Shown: positions 19,877 through 26,951 of the stretch, piece after piece
How the letters are laid out: each line of letters begins with the position of its first letter
Numbering within the stretch: the first letter of the stretch is position 1
Source of the DNA: Sedimentisphaerales bacterium
Lineage (GTDB): Bacteria > Planctomycetota > Phycisphaerae > Sedimentisphaerales > Anaerobacaceae
Direction: 5' to 3'
DNA length: 64,000 nt
NCBI GenBank assembly: GCA_040772485.1
Contig: JAXGYC010000009.1
Location: 64,001-128,000, forward strand
Notes under the pieces: model-generated
What the model was told of the DNA's origin: nothing
Database searches by the model: none
What the model saw: the letters and a program-made list of their open reading frames with translations, nothing else
Translations under genes and position numbers: made by a program

Positions 19877-20641
19877 ATGCGGACGCTGTGCGACAGGCCA
19901 AAGAGCGGCGGACTTCGACACGGGGGGTTCACCCTGGTGGAACTGCTGGTCGTCGTCTCGATCATCTGTCTGCTGGTGTCGCTGTCGCTGCCCGCCCTGA
20001 CCCAGGCGCACCGCCAGGCCGAACAGGTGCACTGTCTGGCGAACCAGCGGCAACTGACGCTGGCCTGGCTGCTGTATGCACCGGACCACGACGACCGACT
20101 CTGCCCGCCGGAGTCCTGGACAGCGGACCTCAAACCCTATCTCCAGTCGCAGGACGTTTTGCTCTGCAGGACCGACGATGACGGCGAACATCGCAATTCG
20201 TACGGCCTGTCGAATACGATGGGGGGGCAGAAGCGCGACGGGGTGGTCCCCTTCGCGCGGCTGCACCGGGTCTCCGGCGCCGGCGCGAAGATGGTCTTCA
20301 TCGACAAGGAACGCCGGGGCTCGGATTGCTTCTGGCCGCTGGTGTTGGACGACGACCGGTGGTTGTGGCGCCCGTGGTCCTGGCCGCCAGGATTGCAGGG
20401 CCTGACGAACCGCCACCGCAACGGGTGCAACGTGTCGTTCGCCGACGCGCACGGCGAGTCGATTCACTGGAAGGACGATCGCACGCGCAAGCTGATCCTG
20501 GGCCGGATCGCCGACCCCAGAGCGGGTTCGGACAACAACCCTGACCTCGAATACATGATCGAGTCACTGACGGTGCATCGCGCCCCCGACCCCAATGCGT
20601 TGGAAGATCGTCGCGCCTCCGAGCCCGAGAGTGGAGACTGA
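19877..20641 (+). CDS. Prepilin-type N-terminal cleavage protein with H-X9-DG-like C-terminal motif
   Basis: GFTLVELLVVVSII...LPAL...CLANQRQL; RHRNGCNVSFADAH. Confidence 0.88.
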   Translation: MRTLCDRPKSGGLRHGGFTLVELLVVVSIICLLVSLSLPALTQAHRQAEQVHCLANQRQLTLAWLLYAPDHDDRLCPPESWTADLKPYLQSQDVLLCRTDDDGEHRNSYGLSNTMGGQKRDGVVPFARLHRVSGAGAKMVFIDKERRGSDCFWPLVLDDDRWLWRPWSWPPGLQGLTNRHRNGCNVSFADAHGESIHWKDDRTRKLILGRIADPRAGSDNNPDLEYMIESLTVHRAPDPNALEDRRASEPESGD

Positions 20642-20647
20642 GATCGC

Positions 20648-21241
20648 ATGGCGTTGAAAGTTCCCGACCTGCTGCAATATGAGCTTCGCCATCGCCTGGA
20701 GCGGTGGCGCGGGGCGCTGGAGCGTTGGGGCCTGCGGGAGTGGATTGACCGGCATGCCGGTGCGGTGATCGTCGTGGCGTGCCTGAGCGCAGCGCTGCTC
20801 GGCTTCATGCTGATTCGGGTCTTGTGGCCGGCTCGCCCGGCGCCGGTCTTGCAGAGTCGCCATGCCTGGTTCTACGACGCCAACACCGGCCGGCTGTTCG
20901 CGGACAGTTTCAGGAAGGCCGGCCCGATCCCGGCGCCGTCCGGGCCTCTGAGCGACGGGGGACACGCCGGCTTCCGGGCGCACGTCTACAGCTACGTGCT
21001 CGAACCGGGCGAATCGGAGCTCTTCATCGGCTTCCTCGAACGGCCCGACCCTTCCGGCGGAGCGAAGGCAACCGCGCAGGACATGACGGATTTCCAGGCG
21101 TGGGCCCAGGGCCGATTGATCAAGCGAGAAAAAGACGACCAATGGGTCGCCGCCACCAGCCCCCAGGGTCAGGCGATCCTGCGCGACCTTCTGAAACCCG
21201 ACGCCCACGGGCGAACGCCGCTCTATCAGTTGCCCCGCTGA
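20648..21241 (+). CDS. Hypothetical single-TM protein co-transcribed with the prepilin-like gene
   Basis: TM segment followed by WFYDANTGRLF; 6-bp gap to upstream gene. Confidence 0.7.
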   Translation: MALKVPDLLQYELRHRLERWRGALERWGLREWIDRHAGAVIVVACLSAALLGFMLIRVLWPARPAPVLQSRHAWFYDANTGRLFADSFRKAGPIPAPSGPLSDGGHAGFRAHVYSYVLEPGESELFIGFLERPDPSGGAKATAQDMTDFQAWAQGRLIKREKDDQWVAATSPQGQAILRDLLKPDAHGRTPLYQLPR

Positions 21242-21242
21242 C

Positions 21243-21313
21243 ATGAGGGGCCCGCGCGGAGGAAGAAGGCATTCACGCTCGTGGAGGTTCTGGTGGTCAT
21301 CGCCATCCTGCTC
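21243..21313 (+). pseudogene. Remnant of a second prepilin-type gene
   Basis: RRKKAFTLVEVLVVIAILL is out of frame with the ATG at 21243 and resemblance ends abruptly. Confidence 0.65.
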
Positions 21314-21482
21314 AAGACTCACCGGCCCAAGCCCCGACGTCCGCGTGCCCCCGTTTCGAATTTGTTGTTTCGTCGTGCGTCATGCGTCGTGCGTATCGAG
21401 TCGGTTGCCCCGGAGAGAAATCCGCGATTCGGCGTCTGCGGTCTGCGACCTACCGCCTCCGGCTTGTCTGCGCTTCGCTATG

Positions 21483-22262
21483 TCATTTTGCTGTTTGCTC
21501 TTTGCTGTTTGATTTGTCGTCGGGGAAGTTCAGATAGGCGAACTCGCCCTGGAGTTCGAAGGCCTTGCGGTCGCGGGCCTTGGCGGCCTCGACGTCGTCG
21601 TCGAAGACGCCCAGATGATGCGTCTTGCCGTTGTGTTTGATCGCGGCCTGCCACTTGTCCCGGTATGGGTAAACGCCCTTGAAGCGGGACCGTCTGCTGC
21701 GAGGACGCTTGTTGAACTCGTTCTGTTGCGGCGTGCAAACGCGCAGGTTGGCCTGGCGGTTGTCCAGCCGGTTGCGGTCGATATGGTCGACCACCATCCC
21801 CTTGGGCGCGTTCATGATCTCGCGGTGCATCAGGACGGTCCCGCCGGGCACGGAGCGGCGCGCATAGAAGCCGCCGTCTGCACAGGGAGAGGCGGTCCAG
21901 CGGTAGCGGTTGATCCGCTCGTAGTCCGCCGCATCGACGATTGCGAATTTGCCGCGCGTCAAGGGGATGTAGCGAATCTCGTCGTTCGGCGGCTCCGGCG
22001 GCGGCTGACGCGGCGATACCTGCCGGCGCGGCCGCCAGTTTCGACAGGTGCCCGTCCCGCGTACGTCGCGGCGCTCGCCCGGGCTGTCCGGGTGATTGAA
22101 ACAGCTCATCGGCGGCGGCCAGCGGGTTATCATCCACACCACCCACTGCTCCTTCGACGGCGGGATGGCGAACAGGCAATTGGAGCACGTCCGCTCCGAT
22201 GGATCGCACGCGCCCGCTCCGCCCTTTGAACGCCGTCTCGCCCGTTTGCGTTTCGCGGCCAT
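21483..22262 (-). CDS. HNH endonuclease with AP2 domain and Cys-rich N-terminal extension
   Basis: IPLTRGKFAIVD, MHREIM, VDHIDRNRLDNRQANLR, SRFKGV...WQAAI...HLGVF...AAKARD...GEFAYLNFP. Confidence 0.9.
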   Translation of the reverse strand: MAAKRKRARRRSKGGAGACDPSERTCSNCLFAIPPSKEQWVVWMITRWPPPMSCFNHPDSPGERRDVRGTGTCRNWRPRRQVSPRQPPPEPPNDEIRYIPLTRGKFAIVDAADYERINRYRWTASPCADGGFYARRSVPGGTVLMHREIMNAPKGMVVDHIDRNRLDNRQANLRVCTPQQNEFNKRPRSRRSRFKGVYPYRDKWQAAIKHNGKTHHLGVFDDDVEAAKARDRKAFELQGEFAYLNFPDDKSNSKEQTAK

Positions 22263-22718
22263 TCTTCGTCCTCCATCTTTCAGGTTTCCTTGGCGGCCGC
22301 AAAACGATGCGGCCCTCTACCCTTGGATGGTGTTGCACGTTTGGGACGAAAAAAACGGCGTTTTTTACGTAGTTGATTCGTGTAAGTCCAGGCGAAGAAA
22401 GGAGTAAAAAATTTCTGCATGTCACGCGCACTTTGTCGTTTGACCGTTGCGTGTTTGGGACGAAAATCCGCGTCCTTTTCGGCATAAAGACGATGCGATG
22501 GGTCCGGATTGTGCGACGCATTCGGCGAGCAGACCCGCCATTACCCGAACCGCCTGAAGCGCCCAATTGTGGCAGCGGCAAGCGCCAGCTTGCCGATGGT
22601 GATATCCTTAAAGCCCCTGAAAGCCATCGGCAAACGGAGTTTGCCGCTGCCACCCGGCACAGGAGGGGTGCACTTCGAGTTTGTGGGTAGATCTTCACGG
22701 GGCGACTGCAATCGACTT

Positions 22719-22880
22719 CGTCATTCCGACCGGAGCGCAGCGGAGTGGAGGAATCTGGCTGCGAAGGGGCCATTGCCTTATCCTCGGCCAGATTTCTCCG
22801 TGCGGGCTTCGCCCCATTCGACTTCGCTCAGAGCCTGCCCTGAACGCAGTTGAAGGGGCAAGCTCTTAGTCGAAATGACA
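22719..22880. repeat. CGTC/TGTC-tagged palindromic repeat (GTCATTCCGA...GAAATGAC) with nested inserts; related copy 25695-25799
   Basis: Complementary ends; GGAATCT/AGATTTC and GAAGGATCTGG/CCAGATCCTTC arms. Confidence 0.75.
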
Positions 22881-23073
22881 TGTGCCACGCTCTCCGAGAT
22901 GACAGACCCCCTTGCTGGCCTCGGCAGGAACCTACCTATAAACACGCAGTGCACCCGGCACAGGAGCGCCCACCGGCAAGGGGATGGCGAAGGATGCCGG
23001 GATTTGGTATCCTGCGGTGTTTACGGATCGTATGGGACCTGGGAACGGATGCATGGACCCGATGGAGACAACG

Positions 23074-25566
23074 ATGGAGCAGAACAGTCTGGGACGGAAA
23101 CTCCGGCAGCGATCGGGCCTGCTGGTGCTGGCGGAGCTGGTCGGCGGGCCGGGGTTCAGCTTCGCGCCCATCGAGCGGTTCGGCCGGGCGTATCAGGAGG
23201 CGGCCAAGGGTGGCAGGGCGATCCTGCCGGAAGGCTTCGACTTCGCCGCGATCACGCTGCCGCAGAACCCCGGCGGTGTCGCCAACCTCGAACCGGCCGC
23301 CATCGTCAGCGTCCTCCAGGCAAACCACCTGCTCGACGGTCTCGACGTCGTGCCGCACATCAGTTGCAAGGACGCCAACGCCGACGCCATTATCAGTTCG
23401 CTGGTCGGCTTCCGCAAGGCGGGCGTCACCAGCGTGCTGGCGCTGACGGGCGACAAGCCGGTCGCGGCCAAGGGCGTCTTCGAGCTCGAATCGCTCGGCC
23501 TGCTGCGCCTGATCCGCAAGATGAACCACGACGCCTGCCTCGGCGCCAGGCCCGACGCCCTGGCGAGCGTGCATCAGTTCGTCCCCGGCGCGGCGGTCTC
23601 GCCCTTCAAGTACACCGAAGCGACGCAGATGCAGCAGTACTACAAGATGGAGAAGAAGGTTCGCTGCGGTGCGGCGTTTCTGATCACCCAGGTCGGCTGG
23701 GACTGGCGAAAGAGCCTCGAACTGTTCACGTACCTGCGCGCAGGAGCGAACGATGATTCGCCCATGTTGGATGTCCCCGTGATCGGCAACGTCTACCTGC
23801 TCAGCACGATGACACCCGCGCCGCGTCTGATGCACGACATCAAGCTGCCCGGCTGCTTCGTCAGCGACGAGCTGCTCGCCAGGGTCTACAGCGAGAAGCT
23901 CGACGACCACATCGAGCGGGCCGCCCAGCAGGTGGCCATGTACAAGGCGATGGGCGCCGCCGGCGTGGACATCGGAGGCGTCCAGGATTTCGCGACGTTC
24001 ACCCGCATCGTCGAGCGCGCCGCCGAGATCGGCGGCGACTGGGAGCGGTTCAAGGACAACCTCTACTGGCCCGCCAAAGACGCGTTCTATCTCTACGACG
24101 ACAACGGCAAGCCCCGCACGCTGTCACAGCCGCGACCGACGGCGGGCAAGCGGTTCTTCGATTTCTCGCACCATGCGTTCCTCGACCCCGAGGGTGTGGG
24201 CTTTCACGCCTTCCGCAAGACGATGGGCTTCCTCGGCGCCGACAAGGGCGAGGGCCTCGTCTACAAGCTGTTCAACGCCAACGAGAAGGCGTTCAAGTAC
24301 ACACTGTTCGACTGCGAGGAGTGCGGCGATTGCTTCCTGCCCGAGAACTTCGGCGTCTGCACCATGGGCAGTTGCGAGAAGGGCATCGACAACGCCCCGT
24401 GCGGCGACGCCACCGTGGACGGCTGCTGCGGCAACAACCTCAAGCAGGTGTGCGTCGGCAATCGCGTCTACGAGGCGGCCGCCTCCGAAAAGGGCGGACG
24501 CGAGCGTCTGCGCACTGCGATCAACCCGCGCCGCAATCCCGCGCTCCAGCACTCCTCCTCGATCCTCAACTATCTGTTCGGCAAGGACCACACGATGAAG
24601 AACGCACTGATCTCGATCGGCGAAGCCGTTCACGCCTCGATTCCTAAGACCGGCCAGATCATGCGCCGGTTGCAGGACCTCGGGCCCGACGCCTACGCGA
24701 AGCCGAGCCCGGAGCTCGACTACATCCGCGCGCTGATCGAGTCGCAGGCGGCCGACGGCGCCGACTACATTGCGGTCAATCTCGACGCCTTCGGCGAGGA
24801 CGATCCGAAGCTGGCGGTGAAGATGATGATCGAGTACACGAAGCTCGTGCGCCGTTGGGGCGACGGTGTGCCCATCTGCATCGACAGCAGCAACGACGAC
24901 GTGCTCGAAGCGGGCCTGAAGGAATGGTACGCGGTAGGGGCGAATCATCATTCGCCCGTCAAACCCCCGCTGATCAACTCGGTCAAGGTCTACACGATGG
25001 ACCGCATCCTGCCTCTCAAGAGGCAGTACGATTTCTCCGTGATCGCGCTTCTGGTCAGCGAGGACAAGCCGACCGGTCCCGGCGGGTCGCACTCGGTCGA
25101 CGAACTCTGCGCGCTGGCGCATCGAATCTTCGACGAGGCGGTGGGCCGCAGCGGATTCAAGCCCGAGCAGATCTTCTTCGACTCGACCGTCTTTCCGCTG
25201 GCGATCGACATGCCGATGGAGCCGGGCGTCCCGGGCTACACCTACCGCACGTTCGAGACCATCAGGAAGATCAAGAGCGACCCGAAGTTCAAGGGCGCGC
25301 ATTTCTCGCTGGGCGTGAGCAACTCGGTGCGCGACCTGCCCGGCCGCAAGATCGGCGTCTGCCGGGCCTACGTCGCCAAGGCCATGGAGTACGGCCTCGA
25401 CGCCGGAATCGTCAACACCGCCCACAAGTACGGCACCGTCGAGCCCGACGCGAGCCTGCTCGAACTGGTCAACGCCTTCGCCCACCTCGACGGCTCCCTC
25501 GACAAGACCGGCAAGGCCATGGAGCTGATGGGCAAGTTCTGCCAGGAAAACCGAAAGCCGTCCTGA
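23074..25566 (+). CDS. Fusion of methylenetetrahydrofolate reductase, Cys-rich MTHFR-C/MetV-like domain and pterin-binding methyltransferase (AcsE/MetH-like) domain
   Basis: PHISCKD, LALTGD, GAAFLITQVGWD; CEECGDC..C..C..PC..CC..C; IGEAVHAS, ICIDSS, LINS, IFFD, GVSN. Confidence 0.85.
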   Translation: MEQNSLGRKLRQRSGLLVLAELVGGPGFSFAPIERFGRAYQEAAKGGRAILPEGFDFAAITLPQNPGGVANLEPAAIVSVLQANHLLDGLDVVPHISCKDANADAIISSLVGFRKAGVTSVLALTGDKPVAAKGVFELESLGLLRLIRKMNHDACLGARPDALASVHQFVPGAAVSPFKYTEATQMQQYYKMEKKVRCGAAFLITQVGWDWRKSLELFTYLRAGANDDSPMLDVPVIGNVYLLSTMTPAPRLMHDIKLPGCFVSDELLARVYSEKLDDHIERAAQQVAMYKAMGAAGVDIGGVQDFATFTRIVERAAEIGGDWERFKDNLYWPAKDAFYLYDDNGKPRTLSQPRPTAGKRFFDFSHHAFLDPEGVGFHAFRKTMGFLGADKGEGLVYKLFNANEKAFKYTLFDCEECGDCFLPENFGVCTMGSCEKGIDNAPCGDATVDGCCGNNLKQVCVGNRVYEAAASEKGGRERLRTAINPRRNPALQHSSSILNYLFGKDHTMKNALISIGEAVHASIPKTGQIMRRLQDLGPDAYAKPSPELDYIRALIESQAADGADYIAVNLDAFGEDDPKLAVKMMIEYTKLVRRWGDGVPICIDSSNDDVLEAGLKEWYAVGANHHSPVKPPLINSVKVYTMDRILPLKRQYDFSVIALLVSEDKPTGPGGSHSVDELCALAHRIFDEAVGRSGFKPEQIFFDSTVFPLAIDMPMEPGVPGYTYRTFETIRKIKSDPKFKGAHFSLGVSNSVRDLPGRKIGVCRAYVAKAMEYGLDAGIVNTAHKYGTVEPDASLLELVNAFAHLDGSLDKTGKAMELMGKFCQENRKPS
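24934..24957 (+). repeat. GTAGGGGCG-type REP (copies 23740-23763, 24934-24957, 25602-25625 minus, 36504-36527, 45382-45405)
   Basis: GTAG + GGGCGA-N8-TCGCCC hairpin. Confidence 0.8.
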
Positions 25567-25855
25567 CGCGTGCCCGAGGTACTTCCCGTGTTCAAGCATA
25601 AGGGCGAGGCATGCCTCGCCCCTACCGGCGCCCGTTTGTAGTGACGCCGTAAGGCGTTATACGCATTCGGAAGACTCTCAGACGGTCCCTTGGTTGTCAT
25701 CCTGAGGCGAAGCCGAAGGATCTGGCCATCGCAGAAGACGGCTTTCCCGGTCGTAGCCCAGATCCTTCATCCCGATATCCATCGGGATTCAGGACGACAA
25801 GGCGGAGCGCACAAATAAATCCCAATCCTTATTACGGGCACACTGCGAACGAAGG

Positions 25856-26350
25856 CTACGGCGACGCGGCGCTTTGCATCATCTTCTCGCAGAATTCGCG
25901 TCCGCGTCTGGCGGTCTCTTCAGGACTGACGTCTTCGACGTGGGTCGCGAGAGTCCAGAGATGGCCGGAAGGATCGGTCACCGTGCCGATCCGATCGCCC
26001 CAGAACATGTCTTCCACCGGCATCTTGACCTCGGCGCCGGCGTCGACGGCGCGTTCGAACGCGCGATCGACATCCTCGACGTACACGTAGAAGCCGACGG
26101 GCGTGCCGCCGAACGCGTGCGGCGAGCGGCAGTCCTGCCCGGGCATCTCATCGCCTACCATGAACACCGAATCGCCGATCTTCAGTTCCGCATGCATCAC
26201 GTGCTGCCCGTCGGGCGTGGGCATGCGAAAGCGCTCCTCGGCGCCAAAGGCCTTCTTGTAGAAGTCAATCGCACGCGCTGCGTCACTGACCGTCAGCACC
26301 GGCGTGATCGTTCGGTATTCCTCCGGAATGGGTTTCACTTTTCCTTTCAT
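25856..26350 (-). CDS. VOC/glyoxalase (PhnB-like) protein
   Basis: AIDFYKKAFGAEE, HAELKIGDS, DMFWGDR...DPSGHLW. Confidence 0.92.
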   Translation of the reverse strand: MKGKVKPIPEEYRTITPVLTVSDAARAIDFYKKAFGAEERFRMPTPDGQHVMHAELKIGDSVFMVGDEMPGQDCRSPHAFGGTPVGFYVYVEDVDRAFERAVDAGAEVKMPVEDMFWGDRIGTVTDPSGHLWTLATHVEDVSPEETARRGREFCEKMMQSAASP

Positions 26351-26760
26351 CGTTTGCTCCTTTCGATGGATATCCCGCTGGATATCAGGTAAATACGCAA
26401 GACCTCATGTCTCGACGGTCCTTGGTACGCCGGGCCGGTTCAGAGGTGCGGCCCGCAAGGAAATTCCTGCCCCCGCGTCCGGGCGATGCTCGTTCCTCGC
26501 GGGTTCCAGGCTGGATGCAGCCAAAGGCGCGGTCCGTCGAGCCATTTACCTGTGCGATATAGTTCTTTGTCCATCGGCATGCCGCCCGGGTCGGACGTAT
26601 AGTAAATAGAGCCATACAACCGGGACCGTACCTGGGGGGCGCTTGCGGTGGACCGAGGTCCTATCCTGCGGATGATCCGAGGCGTCCTTTTTTCATGCGC
26701 CCTCACCCCTGCCAAGCCGGCAAGGGCAGCTTCACTTCCGTCCGGGTCCCCTCAGCAGGC

Positions 26761-26914
26761 CAAATCCGAAACGCGAATATCGAAACCCGAAACAAGCACG
26801 AATAACAGAAATCAGAAACCCCCAACGAACAGGGGACCGGTGCCAGTCGTCTCGGTCATTCGAGATTCGTGCTTTGGATTTGCTTCGGATTTCGGATTTC
26901 GTGCTTCGGATTTC
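26761..26914. repeat. Degenerate 7-mer inverted array (CGAAAnn / TTTCGGA) between genes; similar array 43817-43971
   Basis: Left arm aatccgaaacgcgaatatcgaaacccgaaac pairs with right arm ttcggatttcggatttcgtgcttcggattt. Confidence 0.75.
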
Positions 26915-26951
26915 AGCGTGTAGAATCTCCTGCGTGGCGTGCAGGTTTCCC

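Noticed and set aside
21478..22773. 431-aa ORF overlapping the HNH-AP2 gene
   Set aside because: Alternative frame without motifs, running through repeats
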